NCBI RefSeq assembly: GCF_036588685.1
Contig: NC_086385.1
Location: forward strand, 45,159,216-45,223,215
Direction: 5' to 3'
Source of the DNA: Mytilus trossulus
Lineage: Eukaryota
Length of the DNA: 64,000 nucleotides
Made by a program: the position numbers and the translations under genes. The notes beneath the pieces were generated by a model. That model was given only the letters and a program-made list of their open reading frames with translations, was not told the origin of the DNA and did not search any database. Shown here in pieces: positions 13,201-28,235 of the stretch. Numbering within the stretch: position 1 is the stretch's first letter; every line of letters begins with the position of its first letter.

Positions 13201-15619
13201 CCAATTAGTTACCTTCAAGTCTGCTATGTTTTTGAGCTTATTTTGACATACAAATGACATATTAGATCCAAACTGAATGCTTGTATAGAAATAGCATTTC
13301 CATATTCTAGTTTTATATTTACTTGAAACAAAATAGAATAGCAAAATCGTAGCTTACTAACTAACGATGAACTACAGATTCTGGTTAAGCTTAAGTTTGT
13401 GGATGTCAGCCGAAATAGAAAAAAATAGCCAACCGTACGGCCTGCAACTAGGCAATCAAGCCCCCCCCCCTTCAACATTTAATATACGAAATAATCCAAT
13501 TTAGAAAACTGACTGACTATTTTATATCAAATTAATTAAATAAAACAATTATGGCATACATGGACCAACGACAACCACTGAACTACAGGCTTCTGACTTG
13601 GTTCCATCATTTATAAAAGTATAATTATGGAGAAATATTTATCCGCTTTTAGTTTGATTAATGTTGTCAAAATAAGCTAAGAAACATCGCTGATGAATTA
13701 TTCATTTGTAAGGCAACAATTCGACCTCATGTTATCCGTATTCATGCGACCTCCAATTAAATCATTTTTAAAACAAGAGATGGGTTACGCATACACTTGA
13801 CATTTTTAAAGAATAAAAGAAAAAGAATTTAAACATCGAAAGAGAAACAAAAATAAATCATTTTGTTGATTGCTTCGATCTGCTAAAGCTCATTCATATA
13901 ATGAAAATAGTATAGGAAACACAAAAAAATATAAGTTATAGCTAGTCATTAGTTAGCTTCAGTAGGTAAACAAATGATATTAAGCAAGCATAACTTAACA
14001 CACCCTTAGCATCAATGGACCACTCACACTATTAAACAAAAGATCTAAAAATACTGAACTCCAACGAAATTTCAAAACAGAAAGACCCATATCAAATATC
14101 AAAATCAGAAGACAAACACATTAAATGATTGGTAAACGACTGTCATATTCATGACCTGGTGCAGAAAAGATTAATGGTGAATTAAACCTGGTGTTTATGC
14201 TTATAGCTAGCTACACATCTAAATAGTATGACATCGCTAATTTTGTTGCATCAATAGGAATACATCAGATTTTTTGTTTTTGTTTTCTTTTTCTGTTATT
14301 TGTCCAATACATTTTGGTGCACTCATACAATGTAAACAAGAATACCGTGAAAGCTAGTTTTCCAAAACCTCTTTGTTATTTTCCGATACCACATTTCCTA
14401 TGTTATTCTTTCTGACATAAATCTGACCGTCCCCAAATGCAAACAAGAAGAGAAATATTGTCTTTTAACCATGATAGTGACTGAAAAGGAAAAGGAATAA
14501 TTTTCTAGCTTTTAAACAAAATAGTTTAGTAGTTTTTTTTTACTTTTAATGAAATCAAAAGCACATGTCTTATTAGACTAAAAAACAAACAAGATTAAGT
14601 TTGTTATGTGTTATCATAATATAGTAGATGTGTTTAAATTAAGAGGTTTCAGATAAAGACAAGTGTATATGATTTTATTAAATGCCTCTACCCCTTGAGA
14701 CAAAAAATCGAGCAACACTTTGTATTTTGATTAAAAACTAGTTTTAAATCAATTAATTTTAAGATTGAAGCTGGTATTTGGTTAATTTCCATGATAAAAA
14801 TTTAGTTCTATATAAATGATACATTCGGAAGTCGTCTTAAGTAGTTTTTTATCCAGAAATTCGCATACGAAGCCTTAGAACTGCAACACGGAAAACTAGG
14901 GAGAGCACTAAAACGACTGTTTTTGTTTTCAGGTAATAGATTATGTTTCAATTCCTTCCGTGCAATACATTTTATGGTACTAAGAATTCTCAAAAAAAAA
15001 AAATTATACTTGAACTTACTTAGATAGTTTTTCTTCGTTTCAAATTTGCCACCTTAACTTGGCACACGACAAATTAAGAAAACAAATGGTGCGTCGAACC
15101 TGCTTTTATAGCGTGCCCAACCTCCCGCTTTTATTGCAATGTCAAATATAACATTGAAATGACAACATTACATTACAGGACTACAAAACAAATAAATGGG
15201 ATATCATATTGGACAGTGAAACACACGATAAGTAGCTAACAAAAGGTACCAGGTTTAAAATTTAATACGCCAGACGCGCGTTTTGTCCACACAAAACTAA
15301 CCAGTGACGCTCAGATGAAAAAAGTTTAAAAAACAAAACAAGTGCAAAGTTCAGGAGCATTCAGGACCAAAAGTTCCAAAAAGTTGTGCCTTAAACGGCT
15401 AGGTTTTCTGCCTGGGATAAGAACATTCTAATTATTTAGAATGAAACATGAAACATGAAAACGTAATTTAACGCCTATTTCTACATATACAATATGTATT
15501 CAATGGCGTTGTACATAAATGGCATATAAAATACAAAAATACTATACAAAAAAACAATATGTATGTACTATACCAAAAATTGAAAATATATACTGTGATA
15601 CACAAGAAAAAAGTCAGAA

Positions 15620-16940
15620 AAGTTCAAAATAATTTTCAAAATACAATGTTTTCAACCGACATTTGAAAGTATCCAAAGTTCAGAGTTTCTTACATTTGTA
15701 CCTAGTTCATTCCACAATCTTAGCCCAATAGTACTAAAGCTTCTATCTGAAAAAGTATTCTTTTTTTTATATGGGACTGCATAACAACCAATAGATGACT
15801 CTGACGACCTTAATACACGTTTCATCGCTTAAGGATTTAACAAATTGATCAAATATGACGGTGCATTAACTACATGACAGTTTTCCATATATATTAAGAT
15901 TTTAAATGTAATTCTGGCTTTGATATGAAGCCAGTGTAAGTCAAACAATGCCTGATTGGCACTATCATACTTAGAACGGTTAAACACAAGTTTGGCACGC
16001 ATATTCTGTATACGTTGCAATTTATATAAATCAGTTTGTGAAATTCGAAAAAGTATAACATTGCAATAATCTAAATGTGATATAACCAAAGATAAGACCA
16101 AAATTTCAGTTGCTTCTTTCGATAGATAGGATAATATGCACTTTATTTTGTAGTAGCTCATCATTGCTGTCTTACATTTTTTTTAGTGATATGGTCTTTG
16201 AAGTTTACAATCTCTTCCAGAAAAGCTCATAAGTACCGTATATATGTTTTTGATTTTATAACATCTCCACAAATGATTATTTCTTTAGTTTGACATCTAG
16301 AGAGTTGGTGTCCACTGACAAAGAGAATACACTCTGTTTTCGCATTGTTCAATTTTAGTCTGTTACTGTTTATCCAGGTGTTTATATGAACAGAGCAGTC
16401 CTGTAGGTCACGAATTGCATCCATCTCATTCGTTAATGTTGGCACGAAACGTTTATTAGCAGTATGGTCGTCGGCAAATCCGTACACAGTAATAGATGGT
16501 GGAATAATGTCGAATAGAGTTCCGGCGTAGACAAAATAAAGCCAGGGACCTAAGCAACTTCCCTGTGGTACGCTTCACTCACGTTGTCGCTCTGATGATG
16601 TTGTAGAGCTGACATTTACACGACATCTTCGAAGTCTCAAATAGGAATCGATCCATTTAATTGCGGTTCCATTTACACCGTTATGATATTTGAGTACTTT
16701 TATCAAAATACTATGATCTACAGTATCATATGCTGCACTTAAATCAACGGCGATCATAGCGATGACTTCTTGATGCTCCATCCCATCGAGTATGTCATGA
16801 ACAAGTCGTAGAAGGGCCGATTCGCACGAATGGAATTGACGATACGCAGATTGGTTTGAAGGAAGGAGTTTCACGTGTTCATTCAGTCTATATAGCTCAC
16901 ATTTTTCAATTAATTTAGACAGGAAAGACAAGTTGCTTAT
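15620..16940 (-). mobile_element. Degraded 5'-truncated non-LTR retrotransposon (CR1/L2-group RT)
   Basis: RT motifs NLSFLSKLIEK, NQSAYRQFHSCESAL, DLSAAYDTVDH, VPQGSCLGP, YGFADDH, KLNNAKTE, SHLDYCN, LHWL, split by frameshifts. Confidence 0.9.
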
Positions 16941-19129
16941 TTGTCTTTATATACCTATATGGAGTTATTTTCTTTCAGAACGACAAGTCATTCTTTTTCA
17001 GAATCAACCCAGACGATACCATTTTTCAATGAAATATGATCAAAGGCATAAAATAATGACCTGTGTGAGGTCATTATTTTCTTGATAAAAATGCAGTTTA
17101 TAATTTACTTCAAAATTTTATTCGTCTGATAGTTTTTTGTTGCCGATTGGGAAATTTGTATTTAAAAGTTCAATCAATGATAGATGTAAAATTTACCTTC
17201 ATTGCCCGCATTTTAATTTTAGAAACAAATAACGCATGAAATTTTGTTAATTTATCGCTTCAATAAAGAAACATTATCGTATATGTGCCAGATGTAACAT
17301 ATTCGTGTGTTAAATTTTAAAAACCTGATTGAGTCACACTGAATAGGTTGGTTGATTTTTGGTTGCTTGCTTAACGTCCAGTGGCACATATTTTATGCAT
17401 GTTCAGGACGATAAACGCTAAAAAAGAAATCATACGGTGACCTACATGTATTTATATTCGTCTTTCTGTCAGTTCTTAACTTTTCTATATTTATGTTTAC
17501 CTTTTACTCTATCAAATGATCAACTAGTAAGATAATCTTATATTCTATTGAATAACATTAACGTAACTCAGAAAAGGGTCGGGTACATGCGGAGGGAATA
17601 TAATTATATCATGATTATCTGTTAATAAAATGTACTAGTATTGCTATTCAAAAGATAATCTTTCTGAATTTTTCATTCGATTCAATACAATTTGTTAAAA
17701 AAAAACACTTTTCCGCGATAGAAATGACATTACAAATAGAAAAAAAAACCATACCCCTCCCCTTTTCCATAAACTAAGTGGTACAATAAATTACTAACAA
17801 TGTGTCTTGTATTTGTCATACACCGTTATCGGATGGTAACAATACATTTGTGTCTTACTTCATGCAGTTACACTTTTTATTGTGTAGGTTTATATCTAGA
17901 TTTATAAGTGAGTTTTATTTCACATTCTAAATGAGACGTAGGGCGTATTAAAACCTGAAAGCATAAGAAAGGAATACCCCACTTTAGTGTTGTCGGTAAA
18001 ATAGGATACTAAATTTTGCAAATCATTATAAAAAAATATATTTTTTTGACGGTATATAAGTCAGATAATGCATATTTTAATGTTTTTCATGTCGTAGAAC
18101 ACAACTGGGGGTGTCAGGATTGCTCAAAGAAAGACTTCCCTACGGTCGGTCTTTCATTTGATCAATCTTTACACCCCTCGGTGTGTTCTACGACAAGAAA
18201 AACCTTAAAATATGCATTATCTATAACATAATTTGAGTAAATTAGTTCAAGACCAGTCATTTTCAGCAGAGGCCTGACTACCGCTTGCTTCCATCTTGAT
18301 TTTCAATAATGCATACTTAGAGTAGACAACAGCCGAATGCCACCAATGGCTCTTCAATGCAGCTAGAAACTCTCGCACAAAGAGCCACACTATAAATAAT
18401 GGTAGGTGTATCTCAAATGTAAAGAGAGGAATGTCTATATTAAAGTCGTATTCCTTTGTCAGTACGATGACCATACCATATAATTGCTTAATTTGTTAAC
18501 ACTGCAGCATAGGCAATACATAGTATTTATCTATATGCAAGTTACATTGATGCAAGTTGCTCTGTGATGAATTGTTATGCACCATTTCCTTTTGACAACC
18601 CTTGCAAGAAATTACTGATAAAAGGTCTAATTTAAAAGAAACTCCAAAATTGTCCTTCATAATTTTATATAATTTGGTGGTTAAGAGCATGAAACTCTTA
18701 TTCTTCAATTGCATATTTGAAATCAACAATATTCACTGTTTTATTTTATTTTATTTCACTTCTACTCATATTACTTCTATTTGTACTGGAGAAGTACTAC
18801 TTATAATGTACAACCCAAAAACACATATATTGTATACATTATTGAATTTAAATTAGCAGTTTCAGTTAGAAATTGTTCAAAGGCACGTAATAAATTGCAG
18901 TAAAACTTTGACTGCATCATCCATACATCATCATTTTATAAATATGTACTTTTACGCTTTGCTGTAAAAAATTGACGGCAATGATTTTTATTAGGTTGTC
19001 GTTTATATTTGATATCTGAGGTATCTTTTTTTCATTTACACTATGATAACTACATAAAAATGAGGAGAACAAAAGCAGAAACATTTCTAACCGACCACTT
19101 TCAGAATTATTCTTAGCAAGGATATTATG

Positions 19130-19570
19130 TTGTCATTTCAATGTTATACTTAATATTGCCATTAAAGTGCGAGGTTTGGCATGCCATAAAATCAGGTTCA
19201 ACCATGTTTCCTTTTACAATGTCATGTACCAAGTCAGGAATATGGTCATTGTTATATAATTGTTCGTTTCTGTGTGTGTTACATTCTAACCTTTCGTCGT
19301 TTGTTTTCTCTTATTTTTGAGTGTAAACTCACATTGCGATAAGACGTGTCACGGTACTTATCTATCCCAAATTCATGGATTTGGTATTGATGTTATATTT
19401 GTTATTCTCGTGGGATTGTTTCTGCTGCTTGGTACGTTTCTTTGTGTGTTACATTTCAGCGTTGTGTCGTTGTTCTCCTCTTACATTAAATGCGTCTCCC
19501 TCGGTTTTAATTTGCTACCCTGATTTTGTTTTTGTCCATGGATTTATGAATTTTGAACACCGGTATACTA
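19130..19570 (-). repeat. Abundant interspersed repeat (other copies about 3870-4300, 22330-22760, 29040-29415, 41487-41660)
   Basis: Shared motifs aacagtagtataccgctgttc, cacagaaacgaa and ctgacttggta in both orientations. Confidence 0.7.
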
Positions 19571-20167
19571 TTTTCCCTGGGTCAATTATTTTTTTCTTCA
19601 CCTCTTCGCCAAAACAATATATTTTTCGCCACCTATTATTTTCTTCGCCAAGAAACACACATATATAAAATTTTCTTTTTAAATTTTCCTTCTTTTTTCA
19701 CCCCCCCCCCCCCCCCCTAAAAAAGAAGTGGTTTTTACATTAAAACGAAGCATCTTATCACTTGGAATTGATCCTACGTGTAAGGTGAAGTCATTACATT
19801 GCAGGGTTACTCTCATGCCCACCTTTTGAATAGATTTCTTCATAACGACAGTTTTCTTTTCTAGACCATCGCAGATAAGTAAAACTATAGATGCTTGAAA
19901 AACGTGTGTCACTGAAACGACTTTGAAGTACCCACTCAAATCAATGATCTATATGAAAGTAAAATGATAAAGTTTTCAATTAGAGACCTTTCTTGGGTTT
20001 GGATATTTTTCGTCATAACAACAATTTATTTTATTTTCTGGACTATCATTAAAAGAAGGAGATGAAGCGTAAAATTTTTGCCTTAAAAACGTGCGTCGCA
20101 AAGTGGTTGATAAATCCCTTTTGTGACATGTGACAGAAGCCATTTAACCATATCATTATGTCATATC

Positions 20168-20227
20168 ATACAATCAACAACTTTCATATCATGCAATCAA
20201 CAACTTTCATATCATGCAATCAACAAC
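20168..20227. repeat. 21-bp tandem repeat, about 3 copies (catgcaatcaacaactttcat-like)
   Basis: Read directly from the sequence. Confidence 0.85.
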
Positions 20228-20817
20228 TGTATTATTTAGTCCTTTGATGTCGATAGCTATGAGATTATTGATTTTCTGTCAAAATCTTAACGAGTTCAAG
20301 GTGAATTCCGAGTATTGTCTGATCGGTATAGTCAGAGAAACCCGAAAAAATTAAAAAAACAGATGGCTGAAAATAAAACGTTATGTATACTTCTTTCGCC
20401 AAATTCTTTCGCAAATGAAGAATTTAAATCGCCACAATTATTATTTTTTCCCAAATTGCGAAAATGGCGACCGCCAGCGGAAACCCTGAATGCTTAGGAT
20501 GATTCAAGTTGTGTCGCCACAAATTTCAGTCTTTTTTTAGTCATTGACTCTAAACATTTGATTTTTCATCTTGCAACCATGTGACATATCAGTACGATAA
20601 GTGACAATCAATAGAAGGCATACCTTGTAATGTATCAACATAAACTTGTTTTCAATTGAAACTGAACATGTTTTCCTTAACAGTCTTTACAATTTTGATA
20701 CAAAGCTTAACTATACCAAAATAAATAGAAAATATTTGCCACGGATCATTTAGCATCCGGTAGTCAAACGTTCATGAAATTTAACTTTATATACTGATTT
20801 TAATATGTTAAATAACA

Positions 20818-21009
20818 CTGTGGATTCATTAGTATTCGTCGGATATCAATGTTCGTGGGTTGCGTGGGTTAGGTGAACCACGAGTTCAAATGTTCAACGA
20901 AAAATATATTGTCAGAAGGCTTTGTACACAGAGATTGGCAAAACCACGAAATCAAATATCCACGAAAATGCATGTTTAAGGCAATCCACGAAAATGAAAG
21001 AATCCACAG
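20818..21009. mobile_element. ~190-bp MITE (Tc1/mariner-like), TIR ctgtggattc/gaatccacag; related copy at about 31769-31975
   Basis: Terminal inverted repeats, internal ttcgtgg/ccacgaa inverted motifs, and TA on the right flank. Confidence 0.65.
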
Positions 21010-24000
21010 TACTTTTTATCATAATGCAATATTAAAACGCATGTACATGTTACACACTTTGTATTCCTGTAAACTCTTTCCTTTTTATTTTGTACATACA
21101 TATACGGAATTATTGGACATTTTTTCGTTGGTGAGGCAGTACATCTAAAAAAACATCGAAACTTGACAGTCACATGTCAACATACCGCAACCAATTTCAG
21201 ATGATCATTCAACGGCATTTGGAATAGTTCTGGTTAATAAAAGAGAGTTTTTGACAAAATAGAAAATCTGCCAATTTTGTTTGCAGTGTCATTTGAACGC
21301 ATTGGAATGAAGTAACGGTGTTATAAATCGCAAACATGGCAAGCGATATAGCAAAATCTAATTGATCTAAACTAGTATGGGACAGCGGGAGAAGAGTTGT
21401 TCCGCGGGCTTCTATTCTTAAATAAACCAACTTTATAATCAATCATCTATAACATGACTGCCACTTTATTTAAACTTAGAACCAAGTGGCCATTAATGCT
21501 TGAAATTACCAAAGTTAACATAGATAGCAATGGAGTATGAATTAGTTGTTTTAAAATCTTAAAATGAGACTTAGAAAAAAAAACAGATAGTAGAGGTTTG
21601 TTTTTGAGTTCCTGAATGATCATAAGCAATAGTATGAACAAAATTGATATCATGTTCGATGTTACAATGAGAAAATTATAAATAGAAAAAAATTATTAAT
21701 GAAATAAAACGTGTGTAGAATACCTTGTTGACGATATCTCACAGCAAGCATATGATTTATTGTTCAAATAATTCATTATTATAGTCATGACATTAAATGG
21801 TTTAAATCGATAATAAACGTTTTGAGACATTCACCATATTTGAACTCGAGAGTATACATTAAGTATCATGATTGATAGCAAATATCTTAGTCTTACCTGT
21901 TACATATCATATTGGTTTAATGTGCTTGTTTGCCTTTCTTTATATATAAATATATATTCATAAGATACATGTGCATATATCCAAGTAAATTATAATCTTG
22001 CCGATAACTGGTTCGTTGTCAATCGATCCACGTCTGTTTTATTATAGAAACACATACACTTATTTTCGTACACACAAACACAGTTATCTACAATGCATTC
22101 CTGTGTGTTGATAAACACGTTCAAGATATCATAGTTATAATTTCATGTCGATAAATGCTAAAATCAACACTTACCGTGAAAACAATAACCTCCAATTCCT
22201 TGGAACCTACACGTCATATGTGTATATCTTACTTAATTCGAAAAGTATAAACCACATATCTACACAGTACCAAAATAGTTCACTCGTCAATAGACAATTT
22301 GATAAACTGTCGCTATTCAATTTGTTATATAAAAGAAACAGTAGTATACCGCTGATCGAAAGTTATAAATCGATTGAGAGAAAACAAATCCGGTTTACAA
22401 ACTTAAACCGAGTGAAACACATTGGGAATAAAAGGAAAAGAACGATATAACAAAAACACTAAAATGCAACACGAAAACCAAACGACAATGTAAATTACAC
22501 AGAAACGAAATATGAGATAAAAACTGAATTTTTCTGACTTGGTACATGACATTTTAAGTAAAAATGGGGGATGGTGAACATTGTTTTGTGGTTAGCCAAA
22601 ACTATCGCTTTTATGACAACGTTAGATATAACGCCAAAATGACAACAGTGCATGACCGGACTACAGTACAAAGAAATTGAAGAGCATTTAGGACAGAGAA
22701 ATGCCCAAAGAAACAATATAATAATGCATTTCGACATGCTAAAAGTTATCAAAGGTACCAGGCTTATAATTGTATACGCCAGACGCGCGTTTCATTTACA
22801 GAAGACTCATCAGTGACGCTTAGAATAAAATAGTCGGATATCAAAAAATAAATAAAGTTAATGAAAAGAATTGCATCTGATGACCTAAAATTCATAAAAC
22901 TTGTGCCAAATACAGCTTAAGTCATCCTTGCCTGGCATAAGAAAATCCATAATTCATACTTTTGCAATCAGTAAATTTATAAAAAAAATGACAATACAAT
23001 TGACATTCATGTCAACATCGAAGTGCTGACTAACCATATAATAAAAACAAACATGTAAAACAACCTAGAGCAGTTCACAAAAGCAGCACAACATAACCAC
23101 GCATTGTCTATCACGCGACTAGATCGTCGCCACAAAAAGTGACGTCACAGGTATATTTCTTAAAGTAATTGATATACAAAATGTAGTTCAAGATTAGGTT
23201 TGAAATGATCGTATTTGATGTTTTTATTTTAATAACAAGAATATTAATAGAGAATTGTGTAAGTAATTTGATAATTAATTGTTTTATCTAGCGATGCCGG
23301 TATTTCTTATGAATCAAACCGTTACACAAATAAATCGTGTACGTTAAGTCGCTTTAAACTAAAATCTTAAAATGATTTGGGTGATTAATTACATTTGTAT
23401 CTTTTTTTTTAACCTACGAATTGAAAACACAAAAATAGAATTACAACTGCAAACGATTAGACATTTAACAATATCCGATAAAAATTACAAAAACAACATC
23501 ATAACCAAATACATGCATGTTGGATAAAAAATACAGTGACTCGGCTTATAGCAATGCGAGTTCATACTCAACAAAACAGTCATATTCGGGAATAGGTACT
23601 TAAAAGACCAGACGACGTAAATGGTAAACAATAATCTAAGAAATGGTGAAAATGTCATTAATTAGTTAAGACTGATCGTATGGATCAACCAATTCGTGAT
23701 GGTGTCCATGCAATTTACGAAGTGTCATTATCCGAAAATAGTTTAATGTATTCTCATGATGTTATGGATACAAAAAGAAGAAAAAATGTAAGATTATTGT
23801 TAAATAAAATTTCATAAGGAATCCAATTCGATCGACTATACAAAAAGAGAAGGAGTCTAAAAAATATTACTCTATCCAGAAAAAGTCAATTAATGTCGGA
23901 ATTGAAAGCCATTAGAGTTGAAACAGATTAATAGTTCCCTATACTAGCTCTAAATGTCGTTTCACATTATGTATAAAATTTTCACAGTGAATGGTATTTT

Positions 24001-24623
24001 TCTGCGATAGAATATTCTCTATTGATAATATAGAACCAGTATATGCTGTAGATAATTAAATGCATGGTAACGCAAACGACAATGATCAGTGTATGTAAAG
24101 TGCGGATCCTAAAATATCATTTTTACTGTATATGCCATAAATGTCTTAAATAAATGTAGAATGATAAATAAACAGACGAACTTTTTTTAATTTTTGAAGA
24201 AAATGATGAAAATTAGTTAAAATGTATATGTTCAGAAATACATAATACTAATAAAACAAAGTAAGAGATGCAGCGGGGTTTTATCGCGCTTAAGCCATCC
24301 AGCTGTGAAATATATACCAAAATAGGTGAATATTAATGACTTTTCACGAACAGATCGTGCAGGTGCTTTATAACTAACAGGTGAGATGTTGTTGCAGTAA
24401 AAAATATTCATTTTAATACAATTAATAAAGTTGTATAACGTAGAATATGTTTTGTCAATCAGTTTCTTCATATTTAACTAAGTTCCACTATGATGATTTC
24501 GTAATGCTAGTCATGTTTACTGTCTAATAATGATACTATTCTTTCATTTTCACTGTGGAGCGAATCATTAGTATTGTATATGCGGTGCATTTTCACTGTA
24601 TAATTTTTTTTAGTTATCTATTA

Positions 24624-24863
24624 CAGCTCATTTCTTTAAGCATGTAGAGCAAGACTTTAGTTGACTTGCTTGCTTTTCTTTTATTGGATAATCATTATGA
24701 TAACACCCAATGTAATTCAAATATTAAAAACACAGGTTAAAGTATGCTTATTCATATTGTTTAAAAATGTCAATCTTATTTACAAAGTTTGTATAAACAA
24801 TTAAACAAACAAAGCAAGCAAGCCAACCAAAGTTTTGCTTTACATGCATTAGGAAATTAGCTG
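24624..24863. mobile_element. ~240-bp MITE with ~52-bp TIRs flanked by TA
   Basis: ta|cagctcatttctttaagcatgtagagcaagactttagttgacttgcttgctt matches the reverse complement of aagcaagcaagccaaccaaagttttgctttacatgcattaggaaattagctg|ta. Confidence 0.75.
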
Positions 24864-25517
24864 TAAAGCCTTAATTTAGCCGACTTGCTCAAACAATAGA
24901 TAAGGTAAGAGAAAGATTTGATAAAATTTAACTTACGGAGGAAAGTTTGGTTTTAAAACACAGTAATATATTAAATAGAAATAACATTGATTTCAAATGT
25001 ATTCCATTTAGTTTCTTATAAAGTGTATAGGGATCTTTATCCTTACTTTTTTATCCATTTCCATGACACTTCATCACTAATTACGTACATCTTGATATAT
25101 ATTGAACCTTTGTTTTCCCGTTTAAAAGGTTTTACACTGGAGCCCTTTATAACTTGCTGTTCGGTGTGAGACAAGACTCCATGTTGAAGACCGTATTTTG
25201 ACGTATAATGGTCTACTTTTATAAATTGTGACTCGGATGGAGAGTTGTCTCATTGTCACATACGACATCTATATATGGCTCAAAAACGAAACGAGACGGG
25301 ATACAAAATCCACGCTACTTTTTTAATATATATATTATTTATAATGGGCTTAATATGAGTCAGAATAGAGTAAAATAGTGGGTCGCATAAGCGTGACGCC
25401 GGATTGCCGATTTTTTGCAAGCGTGACAGGTGAAAGTCAAATGGTTGTGTCGTGAAAAACGAGAAATGAAGTCTAGCGGGACACGGATAATTACAAAAAA
25501 TGAGAACTGCACAGTAT

Positions 25518-25592
25518 AAGCGGGATACGGGAATCTGACAAAACAATAAGCGGAACACGGGAATCTGCCAAAACAGTAAGCGGGATCCGGGA
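25518..25592. repeat. ~29-bp tandem repeat, about 2.5 copies (taagcgggatacgggaatctgacaaaac) within a probable TE remnant (about 25280-25616)
   Basis: Read directly. Locally GC-richer segment. Confidence 0.7.
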
Positions 25593-28235
25593 TTAGAACC
25601 CCCAATGAGACCCCCAGAATAAGATATTTTTGTATATTAGTCCTAATGTTACAGTCATGCCTTCAATAACAAATGTATCCGATGCATGCATTTTTTTTAT
25701 ATTTTGGTCCCCTTTTCAATTTAGTGGGGTCCAAATTTATAGACAAAAGTCCTTTAATATAGATATTTGGGATTCGTTTACATGCTGAATCTAACCGTGT
25801 ATCTAGTTTGGGGAAATTTTGCCTAGTTGCTGAAAGAGCCCACAAAGAGTTCCAAAGGGTCTAAAATCATCAAAAATGAATTGTAGCATGCATTTCGTGT
25901 ACAATAACCCAAATGTGTATGGTTTTACCTCTGCGGTAGTATCCATTCGCGGATCTAGAATTTTTCATTTTGAGAATCGCTTTTGTTACAAGTTTGAAAA
26001 GCTATATTTTTGATGAAGAATGAATGAGGAGTTTGTATTTCAATTTGAAAATACATGTTTCATAAATCCTAAAGTCATCAACTAAGTTTTTTTCGTTTGT
26101 TGCAAGTGCATTTATCACATAATTCTACAATAAAAATTCCTCGCATCTTTGAAAATTCTACATTAATAATGACTGCACTAACAGTGATAATTCATCGCAT
26201 CTATAGTTAAAATGGATCGTTTTCAATAATCGATATGCTATATTATGATGCTTTTATAACACTTATTTGAACTTTAGTCTATGTTTGTATATTATAAAGA
26301 CGTATCACAATGAAAATATTTTAAAACTTATCTTCAAATCACTTAACTTGATATTTTCAAAACATAAACAAATACAGTTTTCCCATGATCCTTTATTCTA
26401 CAATAGACATACCCGCATATAACAGTAAAAATGAACTAGCTGGATTCGCACTTTATATACACTGAATGATGATCTTGAAACACAGATGAAACAAAAGTAG
26501 TTACTGTAATGTTTTACAATAGTGAAACCAAATACAAGCTAGTGTCGTTTCCTCATTAAATAATACGTCGCAAAAACCTAAAAAAAACCAACATACATGT
26601 GGATATCGAAACCTAAGTTTCGAAATAAGGTCTCATTTTATCAAAATTTAAGAAAATAATGTTATGAATTGAGGTCAGTGAAGCACCTATTCCGAGCAGA
26701 GAAAAACCTAAACACAATAGCAGTTCACTAACACAAGTTACGACTAAGTGCAAGAAAATTGAAATATCACTTTGTAATTTATTTATCTCTACTGATAATT
26801 AAGTGTATGGTAACTGCATTGAAAAAAGCATCTAGAAAATCATTTTCTTTTAATGTTAATTTCGAATATCACTCAAAAAAAAAAAAGGATTTCCTTATTC
26901 TTTATGTTTCTCATCAGAGCTTTGATATCAGATAATTGTCTTGGTTGATAATTGATATAGTTGGTTTATTGTTGTAACTTGTATAAGACTTTTAAGTAAA
27001 TACATTATTGTGCTGACTATACAGTATGTGTATAAGTGACAATATGAACGTTAAATAAAGGACAATTGCATAGACTATTAATAATTTATCCAAAGTTTGG
27101 CTTTTAAGCCCCTATACATAATCATTGATCCGCATTTGCAGACTCACATTCGTTTGCAATAGAAGTTACGTTGTCCCTCCGTACGTTTTAGCTTACAATA
27201 TTTATAGTGTAGCACAGCCGCAGGTGATATACAGCATTTATAGATTTACAACTTACATTGTATATTATGGTTGTTCTGTATGTTGTTTTAGTTTTGATAT
27301 GCAAAATGTTCTTCCGAAAACACGTTCAAGGACTTACGACTCCTTAATTGAAAAAGTGACTGAAAGTTTTGCAAAGTTAACCCATGTCCATGATATCGTT
27401 TTTTTGACATTTCTTTTTAATACTCAAGATATCTTAATTTGACCATCTAGTATTGTACTTACGGAAAGGTTTACTGTTAACAATTGTAGATAAATGTCAA
27501 TATATATATGCGGTCATTTATATAAAAAAATATAGATTAATATTCGTGTTTCTGGTAATTCATATGCACTGTCACAAAATGTCATATTTTCAACCATACC
27601 CTATAGCTACTCAATACCATACCACCATACCATACCATACCAAATCATTTAAGTATACAATGGTACGGTGTTCCAACCTTCCAACGTACAACCAATATTA
27701 ACTTTTTACAAATATCAGTGTGAATAATACAACTTTCTATACATTTGACGAACACATTGGGGACGATAGCAATAAAACTGCATGTCCAAAGCATTTCCAA
27801 CAATTGTACACTACAAAGTAAACATATATAAGATGCAGGAGGAAAAAGACATTTTTAGATAAATCAGCTTTTTTTGTGCTCTGATTTTGATATTTTATTA
27901 CTTGAAAAAAATCATCTAATATTCAAAGGAAAGTAGCACAATTTAATTGAATGCTGTACACGCTTAATCAGAAACAAACATTGAACATAGCAACCAGCTA
28001 CTGTATACAATAATTTATATGGAATTGAATTTTTAAAAGGGCAGATGGAGGCGCGATGTTCTGATTGCTTACATATTATATGAAAAACATCAATATCCTA
28101 CTAGTTACAAATTATCATGATATATGACACTAACTACATTATACTCTCCCTAATTGTGGATGGTAACGTGTTCCAATACAAATAAATTAAATTGAATAAA
28201 TCCTCGTTCAAAACCACTGAGATCGAAAACAACAA

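Noticed and set aside
18247-18729. Two adjacent minus-strand ORFs (75 and 77 aa) with some Cys residues
   Set aside because: No recognisable domain, no convincing splice chain and no paralog in the window.
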